Below are positions 47,863 through 57,787 of a DNA stretch of 64,000 bases, piece by piece (positions within the stretch are counted from its first letter, which is position 1; each line of letters opens with the position of its first letter). The position numbers and the translations under genes were made by a program. The notes beneath the pieces are model-generated. The model searched no databases. It worked only from the letters and a program-made list of their open reading frames with translations, and had not been told where the DNA came from. Source of the DNA: Candidatus Bathyarchaeota archaeon (lineage in GTDB: Archaea > Thermoproteota > Bathyarchaeia > Hecatellales > Hecatellaceae); NCBI GenBank assembly GCA_052246995.1, contig JBQPWD010000005.1, positions 32,001-96,000 on the forward strand, in the 5' to 3' direction.

Positions 47863-49287
47863 ATGAAAACTAAAGATGAGTATTTTGAAAGTTTAAAAAA
47901 GTTAAAACCAGTTGTTTACGTTCACGGAAAAAGGGTACATCCACTAGAAGAACCAGTGTTAAAAAATGTGGCTGAAGCGATAGGATTTACGTATGAAGCT
48001 GCTTTTGGAGAACATAAAGAATTCTTCAGAGCAAAATCACATATTACTGGTAAAGAAATAAACATCTTTACCCACATTCCCCAAAACGCAGATGATTTAC
48101 GAAAATGGGCAGAGGCTATGAAGATTTCTACGGCTGAGGCAGGGTGTATATTTAGATGTGTAGGTAACGATTTACTGCGAAGCTTGTGTATAATTACCTA
48201 TGAGATTGATAAAAAACACAGCAGCGACTACCATAAGAGGTTTCTTGAATACCTTAAATACGTTCAAGAGGAAGATTTAACCTGCACTATGGCAATGACA
48301 GATGCTGGTGGGGTAAGAGGCGTAGAACCGGCAAAACAACCAGATCGTGATGCCTATGTGAGAATTGTGGAAGAAGAAAGCGATGGAATTGTTATTCGCG
48401 GATGTAAAGGACCAGTTGCAGTGGCTCCACTTTCTCATGAAATTCTTGTTGCACCAACTAGAGCAATGAGAGAAGAAGAAAAAGAATTCGCTGTAAGTTG
48501 CGCTATACCCATAGATTCTAAAGGAGTAAAGATAATTTCAAGACCACGAGGTTTAAACAACTACAAAAAGACAAATTTTAGAACTGCAACTTCGGAATCG
48601 TTAATAATTTTTGACGATGTACTCGTACCCTATGAACGTGTATTCTTGTGCGGCCAATATGAGTTTGTGTTTAGGCTTGTTGACCTATTTACAATATTTC
48701 ATAGACATACATGTGGAGGAATATGTAAAAAGGGTTTTTACAACCTTTTCTGTGGCGCCCTACTCTGTATAGCCGAGTATAATGGTTTAGTTCCTATGCG
48801 AGTAGGACATATTAGAGACAAGTTTATAGATTTATACACATTAGGCGAGATATCGTGGGCATTAGCTCTCGCTGCAATTTACGAAGGATCTAAAGTAGAC
48901 CCCGGTGTCTTTGTACCTTCACCAATATTTTCTAATCTTGCAAAACTCCACACAACTCAAACGTTGCATACAGCATACCGTATACTTCTTGATGTGGCAA
49001 GTGGTATGCCTGTTTCCATACCAACTCCTGAAGACTATGAGAACCCGGAAATTAAAAATCAGATTATAAAATATTTGAAAAGAAATCCAGCGGTAAAATC
49101 TGAGAATGTTATGAAGATGTTGTGGTTGATTGAAGATTTGCTTCTGAGCTCATGGGGGGCTAGAAACCTGATACTCTCAGTTCATGGTGGGGGGCATGAG
49201 CAGGCTTCACGAGTAATGCTACTGAATCATATTGATATAAAGAAGCTAAAGGAGCTTGCAGAAAGAAAGGGAAATATTGAAAAATGA
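47863..49287 (+). CDS. abfD: 4-hydroxybutyryl-CoA dehydratase-like (HpaB/AbfD family)
   Basis: CIFRCVG (Cx3C), MTD..G.R, HRH.CGGIC Fe-S ligand pattern, HGGG. Confidence 0.8.
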   Translation: MKTKDEYFESLKKLKPVVYVHGKRVHPLEEPVLKNVAEAIGFTYEAAFGEHKEFFRAKSHITGKEINIFTHIPQNADDLRKWAEAMKISTAEAGCIFRCVGNDLLRSLCIITYEIDKKHSSDYHKRFLEYLKYVQEEDLTCTMAMTDAGGVRGVEPAKQPDRDAYVRIVEEESDGIVIRGCKGPVAVAPLSHEILVAPTRAMREEEKEFAVSCAIPIDSKGVKIISRPRGLNNYKKTNFRTATSESLIIFDDVLVPYERVFLCGQYEFVFRLVDLFTIFHRHTCGGICKKGFYNLFCGALLCIAEYNGLVPMRVGHIRDKFIDLYTLGEISWALALAAIYEGSKVDPGVFVPSPIFSNLAKLHTTQTLHTAYRILLDVASGMPVSIPTPEDYENPEIKNQIIKYLKRNPAVKSENVMKMLWLIEDLLLSSWGARNLILSVHGGGHEQASRVMLLNHIDIKKLKELAERKGNIEK

Positions 49288-49465
49288 AATAAAATTGGTT
49301 TACCTCTTTTCCCCCTTTTTACTATTCTTATTTCTAAAACCTTAAGATTGCATTTAACTCTAAACTTTACTTCTCGGGGGTACATTTAAAAAAATAAGCT
49401 TTTGCTTTTAAACAAGCAAAAATAAAAAATAGGGGTATATAAACCCCACGTCTAACCCTTATTCT

Positions 49466-50218
49466 TTATTCCTTTAAGGCTTCCTCCCACCTTTTAATTA
49501 CAGCTTCTTTTGTGATTCCAAATCTCTCCCTTAAAAACTGGTAAACCCTTTCTAAATCCCTTTCAAGGTCCTTTATTGCTTTTTGATCCTTGTGAAGGCA
49601 TGACCACTCAGGAGGCTTTTGTCCTGGAATAGGTACAGCGTATATATCCATAAGTTCGCCTTTCCTGTTTTCCCTAAACTTTATCTTAACTTCCTGTCCA
49701 ACCCACACATAAGTTGGAGGGGTTAAAATTTGGATTGGTAAGGCTGTATGTGTACCATCAACTTGTACATATCCAAGTACAAAGGGAAGCTGGTCTAGGA
49801 ATGAGTCTGCTGAAAAAAGCATGATGGAAAAGGTGTGCACTTTACCTTTTGGAGGAAGCTCAACCCACTCTGTTAATTGTGCCTTACATTCAGGGTTCCA
49901 GCAGTGAACTCTAGGGGGACAGTAAACTGTTTTACATTTTGGACACATGGTTCCGTAAAGCTTACCATCAACCAACCCTTTAAAAAACTTTGAAACCTTA
50001 CCTAGGCTGTGGTGATAAAGAACACCATGAGGACGGTAAACTATTAAAAACTCGTCTTCCTCCTCCTCTCCAACCTTAGTGTTTCCAGAAGGACCTCTTA
50101 TTAGCTGATAACCTCTAACTCTTAAGTTACCTTTTCTTGCATACTCCTCCCATTCCCTTAAAACCTGTGAAACCTTATCCTCGACAATCCTTTCCTTCAC
50201 TCTTTTCTCGCTCACCAC
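49466..50218 (-). CDS. DUF35 Zn-ribbon/OB-fold protein
   Basis: CPKC..VY.PPR.HC...C, WVELP..G.V.TFS. Confidence 0.9.
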   Translation of the reverse strand: MVSEKRVKERIVEDKVSQVLREWEEYARKGNLRVRGYQLIRGPSGNTKVGEEEEDEFLIVYRPHGVLYHHSLGKVSKFFKGLVDGKLYGTMCPKCKTVYCPPRVHCWNPECKAQLTEWVELPPKGKVHTFSIMLFSADSFLDQLPFVLGYVQVDGTHTALPIQILTPPTYVWVGQEVKIKFRENRKGELMDIYAVPIPGQKPPEWSCLHKDQKAIKDLERDLERVYQFLRERFGITKEAVIKRWEEALKE

Positions 50219-50222
50219 AACC

Positions 50223-51515
50223 TCACCTCGAATACACTATAACCCCACCCTGGCAACCAGTGCCACCATGACCAGTAATAAGTGCTTTTTCAGCCCCTGA
50301 AGCTTGAAGTTTAGGATCTCCAAATTTTTTAGGTATCTGTTCTGTAAGCTCCCAGTATAGGAAAAGGGTTTGAAGTAAGCTGGTTGCGCCAACAGGATGG
50401 GCAAAAGCTGTAAGACCTCCACTAAGCTGACATGGAAGTTCCCCACCCCTCATAGTAGTCCCATCTCTAACCAAAGTTTTTCCCTCTCCCCTAGGACACC
50501 ACATCAAATCTTCGTAAAGGCAAATCTCAACTCCATCATAAGGTGCAAACAACTCTGCAAGGTCAAGCTGTCTAACAGGGTTGGATATTCCAGCCTTATT
50601 GTATGCTTGTTTTGCTGCTTCTCTTGCAAATCCAAAGTTAGCCATTTCAGGGTAGGGTGTTAAAGGCTTTTCAACAAAGCTTGGATATATAGCTTCACAA
50701 TCCGGGAAAACACCTTTATAAGCCCAGTTTGCCAACCTATCTCCAGGCCTCATCGAGTCCGTTCCAATTCCAACACCTTTTATCCACATTGGTGAATCTG
50801 AATATTTTTTTGCAACCTCTTCTGACGCAAGAAGTAAAACAGCGGCACCCTCGCTTATTAAAGCACAATTCCATCTTCTATACGGCCAGGCAATGATCCT
50901 ATCTTTAAAGTAGTCATCAAGTGTTACATAACCTGTTCCATGTTCAGACCTCCATTGAGAATATGGATTATGAACAGCGTTATTCCTATTTCTGACAGCA
51001 AGCATCCCTAAATCTTCTATTGTTTCACCGTAAAGTTGCATATGTCTTAATTCAAGAGCAGCATAGTATCCATTATAGTATCCGCCAACTGTAAAATCCC
51101 AGTCAGTATCTGAGGCTGCAGCGATAAACTCGTTTGTTGTTGCAGTATCCACCTCTGACATCCACTCCCAACCAGCAACCAAGATAAGGTCAAACTCGCC
51201 AGATTTTATCAGAAAATAGGCATTTATTATCGCATCAAGCGGGGTGCTTCCTCCAGCCTCAACTCTATAACCCCCTTTACGATGCTGTCCTATGTAATCT
51301 TGAATTATCCAACTCATACAAAGCTGTTGATTTAAATGGTCACTAAAGTATGAACATTGAACAAACTCTATATCTCTCGGATCCAGGTTAGGAGTATCTT
51401 GAAGCAGCATTCTGTAGGCTTCTGCCACCCCTTCCTCAGCCACCTCATACCTAACCCTATCAGGCCTAAAAAACCCTCCACCTACAACAGCAACCCTACT
51501 CATAGTTACCACCAC
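50223..51515 (-). CDS. Thiolase-superfamily (SCP2/Ltp2-like) protein lacking the N-terminal catalytic Cys
   Basis: RVEAGGST in place of the xxACASG motif; SEGAA, SGGL...HPVGAT. Confidence 0.88.
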   Translation of the reverse strand: MVVTMSRVAVVGGGFFRPDRVRYEVAEEGVAEAYRMLLQDTPNLDPRDIEFVQCSYFSDHLNQQLCMSWIIQDYIGQHRKGGYRVEAGGSTPLDAIINAYFLIKSGEFDLILVAGWEWMSEVDTATTNEFIAAASDTDWDFTVGGYYNGYYAALELRHMQLYGETIEDLGMLAVRNRNNAVHNPYSQWRSEHGTGYVTLDDYFKDRIIAWPYRRWNCALISEGAAVLLLASEEVAKKYSDSPMWIKGVGIGTDSMRPGDRLANWAYKGVFPDCEAIYPSFVEKPLTPYPEMANFGFAREAAKQAYNKAGISNPVRQLDLAELFAPYDGVEICLYEDLMWCPRGEGKTLVRDGTTMRGGELPCQLSGGLTAFAHPVGATSLLQTLFLYWELTEQIPKKFGDPKLQASGAEKALITGHGGTGCQGGVIVYSR

Positions 51516-51702
51516 ACGTGTATAACATACATTAATACCATTTTAATATTCCTTTACCTAGAAAGTTTTACAAGACTAATTTTTGATACCATTTCCTATA
51601 GAATTTTATCTTTTCACTTTAAGAAAAGTGAAGGAAGCTTAAACAGTACAATCGTTTACAACCATGTCAAGCAAAAATTTAAAATAGATAAAAAATCTTT
51701 AG

Positions 51703-52512
51703 TTAAGATTCCTTTTTTGATTTTTTCCACTCCAAATAATCCTTGTAGGTGATCTTATAACCTTCAGGAACCCTAGGCTCATACAACATAAACTTTGCTG
51801 GGGGATATGGAAACATAAATTTTATGCCTTCTAAACCACTAACTAAGTTATCAATTAGTTTTGCTGGAAACATAAGGCCAACCTCATCTTCTTCACTTCT
51901 ACCTAAAAACACTTCACCAGCACATGGAATGCTAACCTGGGGTTTGCCTGTTAAATATGCGTTAGAAATAGCTGAACATGAAATTACCCCTGAAAATCTG
52001 AATTCTGGCAATATTCCATGCCATGTAAATGCTTTAGCCATCCTAGCTACCTGAGTTGGAGATCCATACATCACAATTACATCAGGTTCAAAGCTTATCC
52101 TTCTAAGAGGGGCAATTAAAATAGCTTGAGTAGTTTTTTGTGGTAAAAACTTTTCTTTAACAGACTCCCAAATGACTTTTCCAGCTTCCTCACTTTTACT
52201 ATGCCATGAACGCATTTCCCTAGCTAAAAAATCCGGAATCTCATCCAGTAAACCCATTGCAGCTGCACCAGCAAGACAATACATATCATCCATGGTTACA
52301 CCTAAAACCCATCCATAGGTTCTGGAAATGTTTACTACTTGGCAAAAAGGCATTCTAGCATTAAAATCTTTTAAAGGTTTTCTTGATCTTTTAAGCATCT
52401 CCTCGGCTTCCTTAAGTTCTTTGTAAAATTTAATTCCTAAAGGATAGGTGCGTAAAGCCATAATCTCCTTAACCTTTACACCATTTTCAACAAGTTTTTC
52501 AATAGTAGACAA
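51703..52512 (-). CDS. DUF169 family protein
   Basis: P.GIKF, CQ....R..G, C..G..A.G, PDV...YG.P.Q, PC.G. Confidence 0.85.
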   Translation of the reverse strand: MSTIEKLVENGVKVKEIMALRTYPLGIKFYKELKEAEEMLKRSRKPLKDFNARMPFCQVVNISRTYGWVLGVTMDDMYCLAGAAAMGLLDEIPDFLAREMRSWHSKSEEAGKVIWESVKEKFLPQKTTQAILIAPLRRISFEPDVIVMYGSPTQVARMAKAFTWHGILPEFRFSGVISCSAISNAYLTGKPQVSIPCAGEVFLGRSEEDEVGLMFPAKLIDNLVSGLEGIKFMFPYPPAKFMLYEPRVPEGYKITYKDYLEWKKSKKES

Positions 52513-52824
52513 AATTTAACACCTTCCAAGCATCGTTACCAATTATAACTAAAGCTTTAGCTTTATAAGAGTATTGCGTAGATGTAGTTTAACTTTCAAT
52601 TTAACTGCTTAGGAGGCTTAAAAGTTTAACGTTTTCATGAAAAAAGTGTGTTTTGCGGTAAGCTTTAAACTCACCTACTATTCAACCCTTCTTTAACTAC
52701 GTAGAACTTTAGCATCATCTTCTTAGGAGAAAAATCTTTATATAGCGCGTAGGCTTATTTGATTTAAGCCTAGCTGTAGGTGAAGGTCAAGCCAGCTTTT
52801 AGCTGACTTTTCCGTTTCACCTAT

Positions 52825-53289
52825 TTGCTAGCTTACGTTAACGCGAGAAGAAAAAAGTTGCGTGAAAAATCTGAAAAACGTTTTAAAGGAAAAAAGTTTA
52901 AACATGATTTTAAGTCTGTAAAAATGTCCTATCCCAAGAAAGTTTTTTCCAAACCAGGTGGAGTAAACGTGGATACGAATAAAGCTTTAAAAATATCTGA
53001 CTTAGCCACTGGTATGAGGTCTATAAACATTAAAGCTAAGGTTGTTGAGGTTTCAGAGCCAAGAGAAGTTTTTTCCAGGAGGAGTGGTAGACTTAGTAAA
53101 GTTGCAACCGCTGTTGTGGCTGATGAAAGCGGAAAAATCAACCTTTCCCTTTGGAATGAACAGATAGGCAAGGTTAAGGTTAACGACACCATCCAGATAA
53201 CTAATGGATACGTCACAGAATTTCGCGGAGTAAAACATCTTAACATAGGTAGGTTTGGCGACTTAACAGTTCTAAAGGAACAAGAATAA
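52825..53289 (+). CDS. Single OB-fold ssDNA-binding protein (SSB/RPA); true start probably GTG ~52969
   Basis: KISDL..GM...N..AKV, DESG.I.L.LW, NGYV..F.G...LNIGRFG. Confidence 0.88.
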   Translation: MLAYVNARRKKLREKSEKRFKGKKFKHDFKSVKMSYPKKVFSKPGGVNVDTNKALKISDLATGMRSINIKAKVVEVSEPREVFSRRSGRLSKVATAVVADESGKINLSLWNEQIGKVKVNDTIQITNGYVTEFRGVKHLNIGRFGDLTVLKEQE

Positions 53290-53317
53290 ATTTAATTTTT
53301 TTAAACCTTAAACGGAG

Positions 53318-53536
53318 GTGAAAAACTTGCAAAGAAGACCAGGCTTTAGACCTTGCCCAGTTCAAGTTAATGGAGAATACGACGTTGAGATAACTGAGGT
53401 TAGTAGACGTGGAGAAGGAATAGCCAGAATAAAAGGGTTCATAATATTTGTACCTGAAACAAAGCCAGGAGACCATGTAAAAATAAAAGTAACAAAAATT
53501 TCACGTAGATGTGCAAATGCAGTAGTGGTACGATAA
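53318..53536 (+). CDS. Single TRAM domain protein (archaeal cold-shock-type RNA chaperone)
   Basis: PV..G.EY.V.I....RG.GIARI.GF.IFVP....GD.V. Confidence 0.92.
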   Translation: MKNLQRRPGFRPCPVQVNGEYDVEITEVSRRGEGIARIKGFIIFVPETKPGDHVKIKVTKISRRCANAVVVR

Positions 53537-53674
53537 AGCCAAAAACTAAAACTTTTTACTTAACAACCAACTTTTCCTTAGCTAGGAAACCTAAACTGTT
53601 AATAAAGCTTTTTTATAAAAATTTTGGAAAAGAAAAACTTAATTTTTACCACCTAAAAATTTTATACTACTGGT

Positions 53675-53841
53675 GGGACCGTAGTCTAGCCAGGTAGGAC
53701 GACCACACCCTAAGCCTACTGGCTGGGGTGTCGTTAAGGGCTCCAGCTCAAAACTACGGGTTTACAGACAAAAGGATGAAGAAGAGCTGGAAATCGGGGG
53801 AAACCCGTAGGTCGCAGGTTCAAATCCTGCCGGTCCCACCA
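53675..53841 (+). tRNA. tRNA-Trp(CCA) with two introns (53704-53737 at 28/29; 53747-53802 at 37/38), CCA encoded
   Basis: Spliced product GGGACCG...ACGGG-CT-CCA-GA-CCCGT...GCAGGTTCAAATCCTGC-CGGTCCC-A-CCA; BHB-type motifs at both junctions. Confidence 0.93.
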
Positions 53842-53856
53842 AAAATTGTTTAACGT

Positions 53857-54549
53857 TTAAATCTGAATTAGTGGGAAAACTTCCTCTTTAATGTAGTTTA
53901 AAAATTCTTCTTGTGTTAACTGGTCAAAAATTGTTACTACTCCGTTTCCAGTTAAACCCACAGTGTACCCATACTTTTTAGAGGTTAAAACTATGTACCA
54001 AATTTCTCCACGAGAAAGAAAATCTTTGTAAAGAGATGAGTTTTTAATGTCTTCCCCATAAAGGGAAAGCTTTTTTACGCCAGGAAAACTTAAACCGTTA
54101 AAAAGCACTATTTTTGTTCCTTCAAAGTTTTTTTCATGGTATTTTTTAAGATTTTCAGCTGAAACTTTAACCTCTACAATAAAGCCTGCAGCGCCAAAAA
54201 TTTTTTCACTTAAAATGTTTGCCAACTTATTTGCTTTCCACTTCTTTCCTAAAATGGTTAACAATACTGTATTTTTATATTTATGGAAGGAAAAGAAAAA
54301 CTCGCCAGTATTTAACACTGGTTTAGTCTGTTCTTTTTGACGTAAATAAGTAACTTCATCTCTTAACAACCTACCTTTAACAAACCCTTCCCCGTAACTT
54401 AAATCTTTAACTTCCAACATGAGGGTAAAGCTGAAGCCGTTTTCCGTGTAAGTTTCACTAGATTTAAGGTTTTCAAGCTTATCAATCAACTTTTTAAAGT
54501 TCACTTTTTCCTTAACTTTAAAAATTTTTCCAGCTAAAACCATCAACAA
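53857..54549 (-). CDS. Conserved archaeal hypothetical protein
   Basis: 230-aa ORF, host-like codon usage. Confidence 0.7.
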   Translation of the reverse strand: MLMVLAGKIFKVKEKVNFKKLIDKLENLKSSETYTENGFSFTLMLEVKDLSYGEGFVKGRLLRDEVTYLRQKEQTKPVLNTGEFFFSFHKYKNTVLLTILGKKWKANKLANILSEKIFGAAGFIVEVKVSAENLKKYHEKNFEGTKIVLFNGLSFPGVKKLSLYGEDIKNSSLYKDFLSRGEIWYIVLTSKKYGYTVGLTGNGVVTIFDQLTQEEFLNYIKEEVFPLIQI

Positions 54550-54602
54550 TATTAATATGAAAGTTAAATAAAGTTCTTTTGATAAGCAACCTAATCCTTC
54601 TT

Positions 54603-56525
54603 TTAAACAATTAAATGCTTATTTCTTACAATTCTTAAAAGCTCGTTACACCTTTCTTTAACAGTCTTGTAAACCATTTCCCTAAGCCCTTCTCCTGTTA
54701 GACTTAAATTTTTAACTTTCTCCAGCTTTGCAGCAAGCTCATCATCTCCAACAACCTCTTTAACCCATCTTATAAGGGAACCGTTTTTTATGGAAAGCTC
54801 CAAAGATGAAACATCAACAACAGGTATTCTTTCATAAAGCTCAGGTAAACTTGAAGCATAAACGTGGTAAAAACCTTCCTTGCCAGAGTTAAACCAGAAA
54901 ACCTTCCATACTGGAAGTTTCCTAAGAACATGCTCCGCATGTTGCAACATTAAAACATTTTTGATATCCTTCTCTTTAAGAGAAAAAAGTGGATAAAAGT
55001 TTACAAGTTTTTTATTGAGCTTCTTCTTGTAATGGTTTAAAATTAAACTGTAAAGTTTTCTTCTAAGCTTTTCACCACTACAATTTTTAAACCTTAAAGC
55101 TTTTATCTTTTCAGCAAGCTCATGGTCTTCTAGGCTTTTAGCAAACCAGTTTTCAAAACTTCTATTCTTTAAACTGTACTCTATAGATTTAGCGTCAACA
55201 AGCTTTAAAACATGTAAAAGTCCACTTAAACTTTGAACAGCTACTCCTGTATAATGGTTTTTTGACAAATAAAACTTGAAAGGTTTTTTGGCTAAGATGA
55301 TGAAGTTTTTAACTTTAACTCTAAAATCTAGGATTACACTAACATAGTTTAAAAAAGCATTGTAAGGCGAAGTGTAAGGGTTAAAGTATCCACTTAAATC
55401 TTCAGAATTCTCGACAGTTGACATGTAATATAAATAGTCGCTTGTTTGGAGAAGTCTCCAAACTTTTAAAAAATTTTTATTCCAAGATTCTTTAACCTGT
55501 TTTCCCATCTCTTTTAAAGAAGTATAGCATGCAACCTGCATACTATTTCCAAGCCATAAATCTAAATCTTTCTTTAACCCACCCCAAGAAATAGTTTCAT
55601 CACGCTCATTAACATCAATTTCTTTAACAGGTTTATGTCTCTCTAAAACTTCTGAAGGAAGCATAAATTCCAAGTTTTCCCTTTTAACAACCTCCTCAAA
55701 AAGGTTTTTAAGAAAATTATGAACACCATCCTCTGAAGAGCAATGTTCTCCAAAAAAAGCATAATCTAAAAGGATAAGTATACATTGACCTGATGTTGAT
55801 GAAAGCATTCTAGCATATTTTTCAGGTGTAAGAGGCCATTCAAACCACAAACGATTAGAAAAGTTATATGTCACTACCTCACTAAGCTGAGGATTTCTGG
55901 GAAGGATTAAAACTTTACTACAACCTTTAGGTTTAAAAAGGTTGTTTGGAAGGTGTGGTTTAATTATTCTTTCAACACCCTCAATAATAATGCCTTTATA
56001 ACCTAAGCTATCAACAAGTTTTGCTATTTCATTGTTGTAAATAAGCTCAGTATTTTTAAAGACGTTTAAATTTAAATTAAAAATTTCTCTAATCTTTTTC
56101 TCATAAATTCTAACCTGTTCAATAAACTCGTCCTTTTCAGGCCAAAGACTGCAAAGAGAGTTGTAGTATGGTTGAGAAATGAGCTCTACACAACCAGTTA
56201 AAATAAGCTGCTTAAAAGATTCAAGAACATGTTCAGCCCACCTTGTACACTGTTCAAGAAAAACCCCTGAAAGGCTGAAAAAAACTTTAACCTTCTTATT
56301 TTCACCTTTAAACTTCTCAATTTCCTCCAGCAAAATATTGTTTGATGGTAGATAACTTTTCTCGCAAACTCTTTTTAAAACATCCTTGTTAAGCTTATTA
56401 TCAAAATAGTAGTCAAAAAGCTTGTTTACAGGTGTACGTGAGAATTCACGATGAAGCCAGAAAAAATCTCCCTTTAACCTAAAAGGTTGATGTACATTAA
56501 AACCTAGACATACATCGGTCAACAT
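54603..56525 (-). CDS. GH57 alpha-amylase-like protein with two C-terminal DUF5752-like repeats
   Basis: F.VHQPFRL, YLP.N, NTELIY, DY..FGEH, LQTSD.LYYMST; repeated F.F...A.SL..L...L..VD..S.E. Confidence 0.88.
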   Translation of the reverse strand: MLTDVCLGFNVHQPFRLKGDFFWLHREFSRTPVNKLFDYYFDNKLNKDVLKRVCEKSYLPSNNILLEEIEKFKGENKKVKVFFSLSGVFLEQCTRWAEHVLESFKQLILTGCVELISQPYYNSLCSLWPEKDEFIEQVRIYEKKIREIFNLNLNVFKNTELIYNNEIAKLVDSLGYKGIIIEGVERIIKPHLPNNLFKPKGCSKVLILPRNPQLSEVVTYNFSNRLWFEWPLTPEKYARMLSSTSGQCILILLDYAFFGEHCSSEDGVHNFLKNLFEEVVKRENLEFMLPSEVLERHKPVKEIDVNERDETISWGGLKKDLDLWLGNSMQVACYTSLKEMGKQVKESWNKNFLKVWRLLQTSDYLYYMSTVENSEDLSGYFNPYTSPYNAFLNYVSVILDFRVKVKNFIILAKKPFKFYLSKNHYTGVAVQSLSGLLHVLKLVDAKSIEYSLKNRSFENWFAKSLEDHELAEKIKALRFKNCSGEKLRRKLYSLILNHYKKKLNKKLVNFYPLFSLKEKDIKNVLMLQHAEHVLRKLPVWKVFWFNSGKEGFYHVYASSLPELYERIPVVDVSSLELSIKNGSLIRWVKEVVGDDELAAKLEKVKNLSLTGEGLREMVYKTVKERCNELLRIVRNKHLIV

Positions 56526-56560
56526 GAAAACCTCGTAGTTTTAGCTTGTAGGATCTGTTT

Positions 56561-57769
56561 CTAATGTAACTTGGAAACATGATTTAAGATGTCAACGTAA
56601 AGACTTTTTGTTTTTTCAGCAACAACCCTCCAACTATACTTATCAACTATTTCTTTATACGCATTTTTCACCATTCTTTCTACGTGTTTTCCTCCCTCTA
56701 AAACCTCAAGTATGCTGCTTGCAAGCAAAACTGGATTGTTTGGTTGAACCTTTATACCAGTTTTTTTATGTCTAACTATTTCTGATAAACCTCCAACATC
56801 AGAAACAACCACAGGAGTTTTAGCAGCCATAGCCTCTAAAGCTACAATTCCAAAGGGTTCATAAAGACTTGGAACAACACACACGTCAGCAGCCATGTAA
56901 AGCTGGTTTAAGGTTTCTTCGTTTAAAAATCCCGTAACACACACTTTATCCGGAAAACCATAGCTTAAAGCCTTTTTTAATATCTCCTCTCTTAGGTATC
57001 CATCTCCAACAACTACAAGTTTAGCATCAACTTTTTGAAGAACTTTTGGGAAGGCTTCAAGCAAAACATTTAAACCCTTTTCAAAAATAAGTCTACCAAC
57101 AAAAAGAATTAGCTTTTCATTAGAGCCCACAAATAAACTTCTAACCTCGTTAAGGTTATAATTGTTGCCTTTTCTTCTAAACTTTTTAAAGTTAACACCG
57201 TTATGGATTACGGTAATCTTACCATCTTCAACACCAAACTCTTTACGAATAGATTGGGACATGTACTTGCTACAACATATAACTTTTAAAGATTCTGACA
57301 CTAACCACGATTCTATTTGATGAATCATTTTATTGTAGTTTGACGGTAAACCGTTTGTTCTCCCATACTCTGTGGAGTGTATAGTTGTTACCAAGGGAAT
57401 TTTAAAAAGATTTTTTAGGCTTATAGCCGCAATTGCAACAAGCCAGTCATGTGCATGAATAATTTTAGGTTTATCTTTGCTAGCTTTTAAAATTTCTATA
57501 GCTTTCTGCTTAATGTTTAAATTTCCCATCAAAATTTTTGATGCAAAATCAGGTGCTGGAAAATCGTATAGGGGGACTCTAAAAATTTCAACCCCATCCA
57601 TGTTTTCATATTTTTTTGTTTCAGGAGAGCTAAAAGTTATAATTGTAACATCAACACCAAGCATGCTAAGATTTCTTGAAAGCTCGTAAACATGGGAAGC
57701 TATTCCTCCAACTATTCTCGGGGGAAACTCCCATGAAAGAATAACAACCTTAGCTGGAAAAACTTCCAT
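56561..57769 (-). CDS. GT4 glycosyltransferase (glycogen synthase-like)
   Basis: WEFPP..VGG, HAHDW, FVGRL..EKG, YEPFGIVALEAM. Confidence 0.93.
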   Translation of the reverse strand: MEVFPAKVVILSWEFPPRIVGGIASHVYELSRNLSMLGVDVTIITFSSPETKKYENMDGVEIFRVPLYDFPAPDFASKILMGNLNIKQKAIEILKASKDKPKIIHAHDWLVAIAAISLKNLFKIPLVTTIHSTEYGRTNGLPSNYNKMIHQIESWLVSESLKVICCSKYMSQSIRKEFGVEDGKITVIHNGVNFKKFRRKGNNYNLNEVRSLFVGSNEKLILFVGRLIFEKGLNVLLEAFPKVLQKVDAKLVVVGDGYLREEILKKALSYGFPDKVCVTGFLNEETLNQLYMAADVCVVPSLYEPFGIVALEAMAAKTPVVVSDVGGLSEIVRHKKTGIKVQPNNPVLLASSILEVLEGGKHVERMVKNAYKEIVDKYSWRVVAEKTKSLYVDILNHVSKLH

Positions 57770-57787
57770 TTTAACCCTCCAAGCCAG

